64,000 bases of DNA from Myxococcota bacterium. GTDB lineage: Bacteria > Myxococcota_A > Polyangia > Polyangiales > Houyiibacteriaceae. The position numbers and the translations under genes were made by a program. The stretch's first letter is position 1. Every line of letters starts with the position of its first letter. The notes beneath the pieces were generated by a model. It was not told the DNA's origin and did not search any database. It saw nothing but the letters and a program-made list of their open reading frames with translations. Below are positions 48,301-57,955 of this stretch, one piece after another. Location of the stretch: contig JBCCEA010000012.1 in assembly GCA_039030515.1 (NCBI GenBank), positions 1-64,000 on the forward strand, written 5' to 3'.

Positions 48301-49950
48301 CAAACCGAAGCGGGAGATTCTGATTGCGAAGGCGCACTGCGTGCATTGGCGCGATCCGTTAGCCGAAGCGAGGAGCTGGCCCAGCTCTACCGTACGCTTG
48401 CAAAGAATCAAAACGAGCTGGAAGACAAAGCATCCTGGTGGAAGAAGGCAGCGGAGATCCATGACGCAGACGTTGGGGACTCCGAACTCGCTATCGAGGC
48501 AGCTCTTCACAGCTTCTTCTGCGATACCAGCAACCTACAGCTGGTTGCGTACATCGAAAACCTCATGGAGCGAAGCGGCCTGTGGCACAAGCTCTCTGCG
48601 GTTTACGAAGCCTTGGTGCGGGAGCAAAAAAGCCCTGCCGATCGAGCGCGGACGTATCGTCGTCAAGCAAGCGTGCTGGAGGACAAAGCCAAATCAAATG
48701 CAGATGCCTTCCAAGCGATGCTCCTCGCCTATGAGACAGATCCGACGGACGAAGAGGTGCGGCTCGAACTGGAACGTTTGGGCAGCAGTTGGCCTCAGAG
48801 CGCTCAGATTCTATCGGTTTACGACCGGCGCAAGGCTGAGGCCGAAACTGACGCCTTGCGGGTAGAGTATATTTGCAAAGCGGCCCGTTGGTGTAGCTCG
48901 ATACTGGGCGATGCTCAGCAGGCCAACAGCTACTTGGCGCAAGGTGTTGCGCTATGCGCACGCGCACCAGAGCTCATGCCGGTCCTCGAAACCTGTGCGG
49001 TGAAGATGGATTCCGAGCAAGAGCTTCCCCTTGAGTCTTCGGCCATCCGCGATTTAGCCATGCTTTATCGGCGCATCGGTGAGCACGCATCCGACGATCG
49101 CAGGACCTCGACGAGACTTCTGATGGAGTCGGGCCGGCTCTTTGAGACATGGCTTGACGAACCAGCTACTGCACTTGAAGTGCTCATTCACGCTGTCGAG
49201 CTTGATCCCAGCGCCGCGGAGGTCTTACGGCAAGTCGCGGGACTCGCCAAGCGATGCGGTGAGGCTGAGGCACTACAAGAACTACTTGAGCGATTGGCAA
49301 GAGAGGCTCTCGATTCGAACGTCGCCGAAACCTTACTCCGATGCAGAGCAGAGCTGCTCACGACGGTGCTCGCCCACTTCGACACGGCAGCGAACGTCTA
49401 TGAGCAGCTCCGAGTCCTGCTGCCGGCAGACCGGGAGATCGCGTTTCGACTGCGGGAGAGTCTTCAGAAAGCGGCCCGATATGATGACCTCCTGGTTGCG
49501 GTGGAACGCGAACTCGTGACGACATCGAACCCTCTTGAACGCCACGATCTCCTTCAGATTATTGCGGAAACATGGGAATTTTGCCTCAACAATCGATGGG
49601 AAGGGCTCGACGCATGGAAACGTTTGCTGAACGAATTTCCCAAAGATCGAGAAGCACTGGAAGCAACTAAAAGACTGGCACCGCGCAGCGTAGCCTCAGA
49701 CGAACTTCCCACGGCAGACCATGAGCCCACGCCTGCGGTATTTATGATTTCCGACGAGCTTCAGATACATATCGACAGTCAACCTACGCCTCAGCTGCAT
49801 CGGCTTGCGGAGATGCTCGCCGCTCAAACGGGATCGGTCGAGGGCATTTCTCTCGAAGCGGGTGAACTCACGACGACGCCCACACGGAGATCACACTTGC
49901 CCGATGGATTTGAATCTCTTGCGGCATCAAGCGGAGAGGAAAGCACCTAA
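45379..49950 (+). CDS. Very large TPR-repeat protein (AgmK-like myxobacterial type)
   Basis: 1523 aa of repeated helical units (A...Y..VL..DP.H..A...L..L......W.EL). Confidence 0.8.
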   Translation: MMIDRSEELRARLRRDPGDTEAYHALKALYRDQTDYPSLVNLIEGWAAKSVDANESAEAFHEASKIAEQQLQNRSRTTQLLSRALERNPLHGKAWGSLVRVHAATGDTRRIISAYERQIRALSQIHVDEQTIAPLHLELGQLWEQGLERADRAIEQYRHAFQKDPGLVPALYAARELYKQTGNLHEAAVLYDLEAEAEPDPDRKLALHLEVARIRSEELSDLSGAEESLRRALALSPEDLSVMHDMVSLLLRRANGAGNNPAMVRDRMSAADLLTQMATMLPSEQAIAYCESALEVVPNHDEALDLLEVLATHPEDRRRLPHRWVAYLRASPETSKAADRRVQLGQAYVQAGQPQDAIDCLELLLEVGNPQAAKVLVGAYQTLERETDAANALAVSAQELIPEERIPLVREAMHLLRQAENDKEASKRAHELLTLVPHDEEALAYLQDECRTPGDKSQLHHVIENAISSWQLVLHRDPANQGAFESLGALLEQQEQWDQLAYMLGQQALAATDLDTKAKVYRRLASIHLTQRSDPHEASVVLRKLRKLLPHDDEVRTALSEALLKSGATADVASLLQEQIDAEHEPERRAELRRILAEHLERELDQDTEAFAVASQILADLPNDEDALKRMERIDARLGNYERLVDTLSYRAKSADGETQIELYSAIGVLAEEHLKEPERAIDAYQRVLELDPDHDPSIEALDALLERAGRYRELIMVLQDRAEREDNAEVRSTLYHRIASIMRHGTGDEEAAASTYRKLLAIRGDEEALRYLADLARRRQQWPELVRYGGELVDHLNSSEEATDLLFEIATVYIEKLEQPRLGVEKLRILVNELDSGHQEALALMVNTGEDLEDSVTISEALSKQLSITDDPSLRVPIAKRLAQVYEKELRDTPSAIEALFAWVDADVTAPEPHRQLVPLLESEARWEELRGSFDILCALEVDGPAIARWVQRSAELCVRLGDVDGAWERLRVQTEAGDSDCEGALRALARSVSRSEELAQLYRTLAKNQNELEDKASWWKKAAEIHDADVGDSELAIEAALHSFFCDTSNLQLVAYIENLMERSGLWHKLSAVYEALVREQKSPADRARTYRRQASVLEDKAKSNADAFQAMLLAYETDPTDEEVRLELERLGSSWPQSAQILSVYDRRKAEAETDALRVEYICKAARWCSSILGDAQQANSYLAQGVALCARAPELMPVLETCAVKMDSEQELPLESSAIRDLAMLYRRIGEHASDDRRTSTRLLMESGRLFETWLDEPATALEVLIHAVELDPSAAEVLRQVAGLAKRCGEAEALQELLERLAREALDSNVAETLLRCRAELLTTVLAHFDTAANVYEQLRVLLPADREIAFRLRESLQKAARYDDLLVAVERELVTTSNPLERHDLLQIIAETWEFCLNNRWEGLDAWKRLLNEFPKDREALEATKRLAPRSVASDELPTADHEPTPAVFMISDELQIHIDSQPTPQLHRLAEMLAAQTGSVEGISLEAGELTTTPTRRSHLPDGFESLAASSGEEST

Positions 49951-50046
49951 GCGGAGACGGGATAGTCCAGGTTGCTTGAGTAACGCATGAGGCAGCTGTT
50001 CTTGGCGCATGCGGCGTTCGAGATGCACCGCGTCTGAGATAAAACG

Positions 50047-51126
50047 CTAAAGCTGTCGAAGATGACGACGAGCGATCTCCGCCCAAGTCCCTTCGGGCTC
50101 GAGATCTAGATAGGACTCCCAGGCCGGACGCGCTTCTGAGACTCGCCCGACTTCCTCTAGGGCCATGGCTAGGTTGAAGTAGGCGTCTGCAAAGCTTGGG
50201 TCACTGGTAAGAGCCCGACGAAACCAGGGCAGTGCGTGATTCGGTTCTCCCCGATCGAGACGGAGGAAGCCTAGATTATAGAGCGCCTCTGGCTGCTCGG
50301 GGTCCACCTTCAAAGCTCGCGCGTACCAGGCCTCGGCTTCGTCGGGAAAACCTCGACGAAATCGAAGATTCCCAAGATTGGTGAGCGAGTTGGAAAAGGC
50401 TGGGTCCAGCTCGATGGCCGAGCGATACGCATCCTCCGCCTGATCGAACGTTGCCGGATCCTCGTCAAACCTACATCCCTCGAGATAGAATTGATGGGCA
50501 GTTCGCTTCCGAGCCGCAGATCCGCCATCGGCATGCAACACACGGACGACATCCTCACCGATACTTTGGACATCGAAGTCCAAGACCAGCTGCCCGGTCG
50601 TCGGTTCGAAGGCAAGAGACCGTTCATGAACAAGCACGCTTTGCCCGTCAGCAACCACTCTTAGTTCAGCAAGCGGACGCGTGATCTTCGGTAGCGACGT
50701 CCGCAAAGCATCTACGGTGCGACGTACGCTACGCAGGGGAACGCCCTGCTCCAAGAGCCCCTTGGCGACACGAATGCCTATAAGATCTTGGAAGGTGTAA
50801 AGCCTGCGGCGGCCGAGTCGGACCGAAGGCTCGATAAACCCAGACTGATCCCAGTAGCGCAATCGGTTTTCGGAATAGCCAAAAAGACGGGCGACTTCAC
50901 GACGCGTGTAGAGATCTATAAATGGATCACTTGAATCGGCACGGCGAGATTGAGTCCTGGTCTTTCGTGCCCATTCCTCTTTCGCAACAGAGTTCTCGTT
51001 CGCAACAGAGTTCTCGTTCGCAACAGAGTCCTCTTGCGAACGAGAAGCAGCAGTCCCCTTACCATCGTGATCGCGTCGGAACGAAACATGAATGACGTTA
51101 CCGCTGGATTTTGAAGTTTTGCTCAA
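50047..51126 (-). CDS. MerR-type HTH protein with C-terminal TPRs
   Basis: YTRREVARLFG....LRYWDQSGFI.PS....RRLYTFQDL, then four TPRs. TTG 51126 overlaps the upstream stop (TTGA). Confidence 0.85.
   Translation of the reverse strand: MSKTSKSSGNVIHVSFRRDHDGKGTAASRSQEDSVANENSVANENSVAKEEWARKTRTQSRRADSSDPFIDLYTRREVARLFGYSENRLRYWDQSGFIEPSVRLGRRRLYTFQDLIGIRVAKGLLEQGVPLRSVRRTVDALRTSLPKITRPLAELRVVADGQSVLVHERSLAFEPTTGQLVLDFDVQSIGEDVVRVLHADGGSAARKRTAHQFYLEGCRFDEDPATFDQAEDAYRSAIELDPAFSNSLTNLGNLRFRRGFPDEAEAWYARALKVDPEQPEALYNLGFLRLDRGEPNHALPWFRRALTSDPSFADAYFNLAMALEEVGRVSEARPAWESYLDLEPEGTWAEIARRHLRQL
50981..51033 (-). repeat. 18-bp tandem repeat about x3, in frame (SVANEN)
   Basis: TTCGCAACAGAGTTCTCG x2 plus TTCGCAACAGAGTCCTC. 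Confidence 0.9.
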
Positions 51127-51599
51127 TTCGCCTCTCGATCTGCGAACGCGTATACAGGAACTTCGAGGTCCACATCCATCAGTAAACCAACATCTTCTAC
51201 ACGCACTCGAGTTTCCACGAGCGCGGTGCCAAGCTCGTAACCGGGAAGACGCCTCGAAACCTCGGTACAGGCCAAGCGCATCGCTCGGGCTCGAACACGA
51301 ACTGAGCGTTCGGTGGCTCGCTTCAGACGTAGGGCATCGACAGGTTCTCGAAATGCATGACGCAATTCGATGAACGCGGCTGTAATCATGATGCTTCCAA
51401 ACCAACTGGCTTCACCGTTCAGTTCTCGAATCGAGCCCTCCGCGAGTACTTCCGCATGACGAAACAGGCACTCTTCGGCCTCTCGACTGAGAATATCCTT
51501 CGCCGATGCGGTGAAGAGAGAGACGCGTCGGGTCTTAGCGACACTTGGACCCATCCTCTTCTCAGTTTCGATCGGTAGATCTTTCGACACGGTCCGCAC
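51123..51599 (-). CDS. Hypothetical protein coupled to the MerR-TPR gene
   Basis: 158-aa ORF whose stop overlaps the next start; start uncertain. Confidence 0.65.
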   Translation of the reverse strand: MRTVSKDLPIETEKRMGPSVAKTRRVSLFTASAKDILSREAEECLFRHAEVLAEGSIRELNGEASWFGSIMITAAFIELRHAFREPVDALRLKRATERSVRVRARAMRLACTEVSRRLPGYELGTALVETRVRVEDVGLLMDVDLEVPVYAFADREAN

Positions 51600-51688
51600 A
51601 GCTTACATCAGCCCACACAACAACCACAATATGCTGCAGCGAGCCAACCTCGGCTTTCACAGAGGAACCAAGTTGCTACATTCGCCGC

Positions 51689-52336
51689 ATGTCCGTGGCC
51701 GCAGCTCCGATGGCGTTTCTCTCCGATATTCACGGCAACTTGTCGGCCCTAGACGCAGTACTTGAGGAGCTCACTCGAGAAGACATCCGTAAGGTCTATG
51801 TCGCAGGGGACATCTTGCTGGGTGGAGTCGACCCGCTTGACGTTTGGAAACGCCTTCAATCGATCGGAGCGACCTGCGTCCGAGGCGTCTCCGACGAAGC
51901 CCTGGTCACCCTAGATCCCAAGCAGCTACCCGTCACCAATGAAGAGGAGCGGAAAGCCGTACAGCAGTTCGCAGAAACACGTAGAGCGCTCGGGGATCTG
52001 ATTGTCGAGAGGATTCGAAGACTACCGGAACGTATGCGGATCCCCCTAGTCGACGGGAAGGAACTCTTGTTGATGCATGGTGCTCCGTCACCCCAAACAG
52101 ATGAGATCACCCATGAAATGTCAGACGACGAAATTTTGGCCGCTCTAGATGACGATCCAGCGGACGTGTTCATCGTCGGCGCGTCACACGTAGCCTTTGA
52201 ACGAAGTGTAGACGACAGAACAATCGTCAACGTCGGTTCGGTTGGAGCGTCGCCTGAGGGAAAGATGGCACACTATGCGGTGGTTCGACCCTCGATGCTT
52301 GGAGTCGATATCCAGCTACGCCACGCAGCATACTGA
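51689..52336 (+). CDS. Calcineurin-like metallophosphoesterase family protein with degenerate motifs
   Basis: LSDIHGN..AL, AGD, RGVSD, MHG, GASH and NVGSVG motifs. Confidence 0.85.
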   Translation: MSVAAAPMAFLSDIHGNLSALDAVLEELTREDIRKVYVAGDILLGGVDPLDVWKRLQSIGATCVRGVSDEALVTLDPKQLPVTNEEERKAVQQFAETRRALGDLIVERIRRLPERMRIPLVDGKELLLMHGAPSPQTDEITHEMSDDEILAALDDDPADVFIVGASHVAFERSVDDRTIVNVGSVGASPEGKMAHYAVVRPSMLGVDIQLRHAAY

Positions 52337-52401
52337 AATCAATTCATCAGTTGAGCTCATGATCGAGCATCGCCTACTGACTCGCCACCGCAGCGGGTCC
52401 G

Positions 52402-53751
52402 CTAACTCGCGACCGCAGCGGGTACCAGACGACTGCGCGTGAGCTCCACCTGAATCACACGTCTTTCATCGGCATCGGTGACCTTCAGACGATAGTTACC
52501 GACGTGTAAAGTATCCCCTACGCGCGGCACCCGACCTGCGATTTCGATGATCAATCCGCCCAGCGAATCGTACCCTCGCGAGTCGTGTCCACGCGAGTCC
52601 GCCCCGCGCGAATCGTGTGCACGGGAGAGAGCACCCCCCTCACCATCGTCCAGGGACTCTCCGAGCATGTCGTTGAGATCGTATACGCTCATACCAGCGT
52701 CGGCCAGATAACGGCCCGGTTCCACTTCCTCAAGACGGATTTCGTCACTGTCATGCTCGTCACGTATTTCGCCGACGATCTCCTCGAGCACGTCCTCAAG
52801 CGTCACGATGCCGCTAACCCCACCAAACTCGTCGACCACGATCGCCAAATGAACGCCATCGCTCTGCATCTCACGGAGCAACATGCCGATCTTGCGGTTC
52901 TCAGGGGTAAAATAGACCGGCCTGCGTACCAGGTGCTCTAGTCGAACATCGTCCCAATCGGACTGGCCCACTACCTGGAATAGGTCTTTGGCATAGAGCA
53001 CGCCTTCAATACGATCGATCCGGTCCCGGTATACAGGGTATCGACTGTGTCCTGACTTGACGATCAGCTCCAGAACCTTGTCCACAGGAGTATTGATGGC
53101 TATCGCGACCGTTTGAGTGCGAGGAACCATCACTTCTCGAGCATATGTTTTCTTGAACTCCAAAATGCTGCGGAGCAGTTCCGCATCTTGAACGCCTATG
53201 GAGCCGTTTTCCTCCCCTTCTTCGATCACTTGCTCGACTGCCAGCTCCGTGACCCTGACGTTCTCGGGCTCTTCAACGGGAGGAACGGTGTGTCGAACCC
53301 ATCGGTGCATCCATATCGAGGGGAGCGCAAGCGGTGCGAACATCAGTTCCAACGGCCGCAACCAGTGGCTCAATCTTAGCGCGATCCGAGACGCACGCCG
53401 ACGAGCTACGGTAGCCAGGGTCGTAGAGGCAAGCCCGTAACCCAGCGCTACAAGGAGTACCGCAGCGATGGCTTCCGGTAGCGTGTCGTCTCGCCAGACC
53501 CACATCGTCGTTGCGGAGGCCAATGCGAGTGCTGTGATCCGTCCGGCATGGTACCGAGCCTCGATCTGCTCCTGCATCGCGAGCACGCGTCTTGCGGCGT
53601 TGGCCATCGATGCTCCGGGGGAACCTTCTGATAGAGCTCGAAGTCTCGCTTCACCGAAAGCCTTGAGACCGCTATCGAGCGCAGCGAGAATCGCTCCGAC
53701 AAAGATGCCGCCAGCGATGACAGCGAAATGACCTATGCTTGGATCGTCCAA
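52402..53751 (-). CDS. Hemolysin/CorC-family CNNM + CBS-pair protein
   Basis: N-terminal TM (CNNM/DUF21), REVMVPRT, HSRYPVY, AIVVDEFGGVSGIVTLEDVLEEIVGEI, C-terminal CorC_HlyC domain. Confidence 0.93.
   Translation of the reverse strand: MDDPSIGHFAVIAGGIFVGAILAALDSGLKAFGEARLRALSEGSPGASMANAARRVLAMQEQIEARYHAGRITALALASATTMWVWRDDTLPEAIAAVLLVALGYGLASTTLATVARRRASRIALRLSHWLRPLELMFAPLALPSIWMHRWVRHTVPPVEEPENVRVTELAVEQVIEEGEENGSIGVQDAELLRSILEFKKTYAREVMVPRTQTVAIAINTPVDKVLELIVKSGHSRYPVYRDRIDRIEGVLYAKDLFQVVGQSDWDDVRLEHLVRRPVYFTPENRKIGMLLREMQSDGVHLAIVVDEFGGVSGIVTLEDVLEEIVGEIRDEHDSDEIRLEEVEPGRYLADAGMSVYDLNDMLGESLDDGEGGALSRAHDSRGADSRGHDSRGYDSLGGLIIEIAGRVPRVGDTLHVGNYRLKVTDADERRVIQVELTRSRLVPAAVAS
52564..52623 (-). 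repeat. Imperfect 15-bp repeat x4, in frame (RAHDS RGADS RGHDS RGYDS)
   Basis: Seen directly in both DNA and translation. Confidence 0.75.
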
Positions 53752-53881
53752 CGCGGTGTGTCTTCAGGTTAGCTACGTAGGCTCCGAGCTGCAAGCTACC
53801 TTGTGCGTTCGAATCTCACCAGGGTCTTGTACCGCCTGCACCTTGAGTTGAAAACGGCTTCAGAACATCGGATGCCGGTTC

Positions 53882-55099
53882 TTACTCAGGTTGCGCCTTC
53901 GAGCGAAGTCGTGCGCCGATTCGCAGACGCAGGGCATTAAGCCGAATAAATCCGGTAGCATCCGACTGGTCATACACATCGTCCTCCTCGAAGGTAGCGA
54001 ACTCTGATGCGTACAGTGACTGTTCACTGGAGCGACCACAAACCTGCATCGATCCCTTGTACAGCTGAAGCCGAACCTTGCCGGTAACGTGAGATTGAGC
54101 ATGGTCCATCAATGCCTGCAACATCTCACGTTCCGGCGAGAACCAGAATCCTCGGTACACCATAGAGGCGTACTCAGGGATCAGCGAGTCCCGGATCCGC
54201 ATCACCTCGCGGTCCATGGTGATCGACTCAAGCGCTCTATGTGCCCGCTGCAAGATGGTTCCGCCGGGAGTTTCGTACACGCCTCGAGACTTCATACCGA
54301 CGAAACGGTTTTCAACAATATCGATACGACCGACGCCATGTCGGGAGCCTAACTCGTTAAGCCTGCGGATGATCTCTGCGGGAGACAGGGCCTCACCATC
54401 GACTGCGACCGGATTTCCGGAGCTGTACTCTATCGTAACGAACTCGGGCTCGTTCGGGGCGTCCTTGGGGTCTGTGGTCCAGCGGAACATCTCCGCATTC
54501 GGCGCTACCCAGGGATCCTCTAGAATTCCTCCCTCATAGCTGATGTGAAATAGATTTTCGTCTACGGAATAAGGTTTCTCCGCGCTCGCCTCTACATCGA
54601 TTCCATGCGCTTTTGCATACTCGATGCAGTCCGTGCGCGAGCGAAGAGACCACTCTCGCCACGGCGCGATCACCTTGACCCGCGGATCGATTCCCATCGC
54701 GCAGAGCTCGAAACGCACTTGATCGTTTCCTTTACCGGTCGCGCCATGAGCGATGGCGTCTGCTCCCACTCGATGGGCTACGTCCATCATAGCCTTGGCG
54801 ATAACCGGACGGGCTATGGAGGTTCCGAGCAAGTACTCTCCCTCGTAAATCGCGTTGGCTCGGAGCATGGGAAAACAGAAATCACGAGCAAACTCCTCGG
54901 TGAGGTCCTCCACAAAGCAATGCGTCGCTCCGGTGCGCAGGGCCTTGCCCTCGACATCGCTGAGGTCTTCTTTCTGCCCTACATCTGCACAAAAACCGAC
55001 GACTTCAACATTGTACGTCTCTCGCAGCCAGGCGAGGATCACCGAGGTATCGAGTCCTCCACTGTAGGCAAGGACTACTTTGCGGAAATTTTGAGCCAT
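53882..55099 (-). CDS. argG: Argininosuccinate synthase
   Basis: [35 protein letters not shown] and [10 protein letters not shown] motifs; ATG 55099 preferred. Confidence 0.98.
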   Translation of the reverse strand: MAQNFRKVVLAYSGGLDTSVILAWLRETYNVEVVGFCADVGQKEDLSDVEGKALRTGATHCFVEDLTEEFARDFCFPMLRANAIYEGEYLLGTSIARPVIAKAMMDVAHRVGADAIAHGATGKGNDQVRFELCAMGIDPRVKVIAPWREWSLRSRTDCIEYAKAHGIDVEASAEKPYSVDENLFHISYEGGILEDPWVAPNAEMFRWTTDPKDAPNEPEFVTIEYSSGNPVAVDGEALSPAEIIRRLNELGSRHGVGRIDIVENRFVGMKSRGVYETPGGTILQRAHRALESITMDREVMRIRDSLIPEYASMVYRGFWFSPEREMLQALMDHAQSHVTGKVRLQLYKGSMQVCGRSSEQSLYASEFATFEEDDVYDQSDATGFIRLNALRLRIGARLRSKAQPE

Positions 55100-55205
55100 A
55101 GAGGATGCCTTAGTCCCCTCGTTCGCTAACGCAAACCAAACCGCCTCGGTCGTTCGATTTAGTACAGCGCGGCGATAGTTGGTCAGGTGCTGATGTGGAG
55201 TGCTC

Positions 55206-55976
55206 TTATGTTTTGAGAGGCTCTCGAAGTTCGATAGCCGAGTTGTCACAGAGCTCGCAGAGCATTTTTAGCGCTTCAAGACGTTCCATACCGCTGAGTT
55301 CGAGAAGCTGCTCGAGCGATATAAGGCCATCGATGCGACTCATCAGAAAACCGGCTCGGTGATCGAGGCCCAACCAGCGCACTTCCGAATCCGGGACGCA
55401 CACTCGGGGTATCCAAGAAAGGCGACCCAGGCGAGCGACATAGAGCTGTTCGAGATGGATCCGGCTGCTGTTCGCGTGATGAAGCGCTTGCGCATCCTCG
55501 CTATCGACACCGAGAAGCAGCTCAGCAGCCCGTAGCGAGCCGGTGAAGTCACCAAGGGCAAATTTTTCAGCCATCTCCGAACGAAGATCCAAGCCGGGAG
55601 ATGAGGGTCTGTTTCTATCGACAAGTTCGATCGCATGATTGGAATCCGAGTTCCGCCAATCCTGGGATGGCCGATCGACGGCGTGCGAAGATAAACGCGT
55701 ATCTCCGTCGGGCTCATCCTCTTCGGCAATACCTTCCGATGCCGCTTGCCCATCGGGTTCTTTAGCTGAGGACCACGCATCCCTTGTTCCGATCGACTCC
55801 TTGGATGGAGGTCTCCAAGGAGGAATCTCGGGCAGGATCGCAGGGGCGTGAGACGATTCCTCCGGCAATACAAGGGGTGGACCTTGGAAGCTCAAGGTGA
55901 GGCGGGGTTTTGGATCGGAGTCCAAATCTTCCCGGTCGCGTGGCTCGCCCTCGATCGTCTCCTCATCGCTGGGCAC
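55206..55976 (-). CDS. Hypothetical protein: acidic disordered N-terminus, TPR-like helix pair, C-terminal wHTH-like domain
   Basis: C-terminal [27 protein letters not shown] motif, shared with the N-terminus of the J-protein. Confidence 0.7.
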   Translation of the reverse strand: MPSDEETIEGEPRDREDLDSDPKPRLTLSFQGPPLVLPEESSHAPAILPEIPPWRPPSKESIGTRDAWSSAKEPDGQAASEGIAEEDEPDGDTRLSSHAVDRPSQDWRNSDSNHAIELVDRNRPSSPGLDLRSEMAEKFALGDFTGSLRAAELLLGVDSEDAQALHHANSSRIHLEQLYVARLGRLSWIPRVCVPDSEVRWLGLDHRAGFLMSRIDGLISLEQLLELSGMERLEALKMLCELCDNSAIELREPLKT

Positions 55977-56091
55977 GTTACTTTAGAGTATCAACTATTG
56001 CTCGGTTCAAAGCAGCTCAAATATCGTGTTCCCTGGATCACATCCGCATAGCGTCTCGATGGGCCCCTTATCATGCATCGGTCGCTGCGAG

Positions 56092-57924
56092 CTAACTCGC
56101 CTTGCCGACCACGCCTTTGAACATGCGCTGTGTTCGAGACAGTGCGTCGATCTGCTCCTTGAGCGCATGGGTATCGTTCTGATCGATGAGATCTCTGGCC
56201 CTTTGGACCACGTTTCGTGCCTTTTCTAGAGCATCGCGTCCGAAGTCGCTGCCTGCGACTACCGACTCAACTTCGGGAAACAGTTTCTCAATGTCAGCGA
56301 TCAGGGTTTCAGCAGCCTGCCTGGTTTGCTCTGACTCTTCATCTATACGGCGAGCTACCGCATAGTCTCGAGCTTCGCTCATCATTTGTTCAAGCTCATC
56401 ATCAGTCAGTCCGCTAGAGGCTGTCACCGTGATCGACTGCTCCTTACCGGTATCGAGGTCCTTCGCGTGCACACTGACGATGCCGTCTGCATTGATCTCA
56501 AAGGTGACCTCGACCTCCACCTCTCCAGCACCGGCACGACGCAGACCGGTCAGGATGAATTCGCCCAAAAGCTCATTTTCTTCGGCCCGGCGCGACTCTC
56601 CCTGCAGAACGAGGATCTTGACCGCAGTCTGATCCGCACGAACCGTGGTGAATATTTTGGATCTTGAGGTTGGAACCGTGGTGTTTTGTGGGATGAGCTC
56701 TTCGAAATATCCGCCAACGACCATAATGCCGAGGGTGTGCGGGGTTACGTCAAGCAGGACCATGTCCATTTCTGGACTGTCGTCGATAAGCGCAGCCCCC
56801 TGAATCGAAGCGCCAAGGCCTACGACTTCGTCCGGATGGACTCCCTTACAAGGCTCACGTTCGAAGAAGCTCGAGACCACCCGCTGTATCTTGGGCATAC
56901 GGGTCATGCCTCCAACTAGGATTACATCTTCGATCTCGTCTTTTTCCAGTCCAGCCTCGTCAAGAGTCATTTCACATATTTGGGCGGTTCGTTTGATCAA
57001 GTCGTCGGTCAGTTCCTCAAGTTGAGCCCGGGTGAGCAAGCGCTGTAAGTGCAAAGCCTCGTTCCGGGCACTCGAAATAATGAAGGGGAGATTGACCTCG
57101 GTCTCTACCACCCCGGAAAGCTCACATTTTGCTTTCTCAGCCGCATCCTTAAGCCGCTGAAGCGCCATACGGTCTTGACGCAAATCGATTTGGTATTCCT
57201 CCTGAAATCCATGCACGAGCCAATCGATGATCCGCTGATCAAAGTCTTCCCCACCCAGAAATGTGTCACCAGCAGTGCTAACGACCTTGAACACTCCGGT
57301 AGAGGATATTTCGAGAATCGAGATATCGAAGGTACCTCCGCCCAGATCATAAACTGCGACGGTGCGATCGATTTGTTTACCGAAACCGTAGGCAAGGGCC
57401 GCTGCCGTCGGTTCATTGATGATGCGAATTACATCGAGGCCCGCAATAGCACCGGCATCTTTCGTCGCTTGGCGCTGGTTGTCGTTGAAATAGGCAGGTA
57501 CGGTGACCACGGCTCTGGTGACCTCATGGCCGAGGTAGTCTTCCGCGATCATCTTCATTTCCTGCAAGATCATCGCGCTGGTTTCGGGTATCGAATACAT
57601 CTTTTCGCGCAGCTGTACCCGCACGTCCCCGTGAGGTCCTTCGACGATACGATAGGGGCAGGTGGCGATAGCGTTTTTCACCTGGGGTGAGTCCCATTTT
57701 CGCCCTATGAGACGCTTTGCTGCGTACACGGTATTTTCAGCATTGGTAACGGCCTGCCTTTTAGCGATATGGCCCACCAATCGCTTACCTGCCTCCGTCA
57801 CCGCAACCATCGAAGGCGTAACCTTGTAACCCCCGCGATTGGCGATAACTACTGGTGTTCCCCCTTCAACTACTGCGACGCATGAGTTGAAGGTTCCGAG
57901 GTCGATCCCGATTACCTTATCCAT
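56092..57924 (-). CDS. dnaK: Hsp70/DnaK chaperone, probably a paralog
   Basis: [54 protein letters not shown] and LLDVTP motifs; short C-terminus with no acidic tail. Confidence 0.95.
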   Translation of the reverse strand: MDKVIGIDLGTFNSCVAVVEGGTPVVIANRGGYKVTPSMVAVTEAGKRLVGHIAKRQAVTNAENTVYAAKRLIGRKWDSPQVKNAIATCPYRIVEGPHGDVRVQLREKMYSIPETSAMILQEMKMIAEDYLGHEVTRAVVTVPAYFNDNQRQATKDAGAIAGLDVIRIINEPTAAALAYGFGKQIDRTVAVYDLGGGTFDISILEISSTGVFKVVSTAGDTFLGGEDFDQRIIDWLVHGFQEEYQIDLRQDRMALQRLKDAAEKAKCELSGVVETEVNLPFIISSARNEALHLQRLLTRAQLEELTDDLIKRTAQICEMTLDEAGLEKDEIEDVILVGGMTRMPKIQRVVSSFFEREPCKGVHPDEVVGLGASIQGAALIDDSPEMDMVLLDVTPHTLGIMVVGGYFEELIPQNTTVPTSRSKIFTTVRADQTAVKILVLQGESRRAEENELLGEFILTGLRRAGAGEVEVEVTFEINADGIVSVHAKDLDTGKEQSITVTASSGLTDDELEQMMSEARDYAVARRIDEESEQTRQAAETLIADIEKLFPEVESVVAGSDFGRDALEKARNVVQRARDLIDQNDTHALKEQIDALSRTQRMFKGVVGKAS

Positions 57925-57955
57925 TCGGTCCCTCTCCAGCTCCCGCACCTGAACG

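Noticed and set aside
50981..51033. CRISPR-like repeats (also 13334-13369 and 38071-38117)
   Set aside because: Repeats are contiguous with no spacers, too short, mostly in-frame coding, and no cas genes are present.
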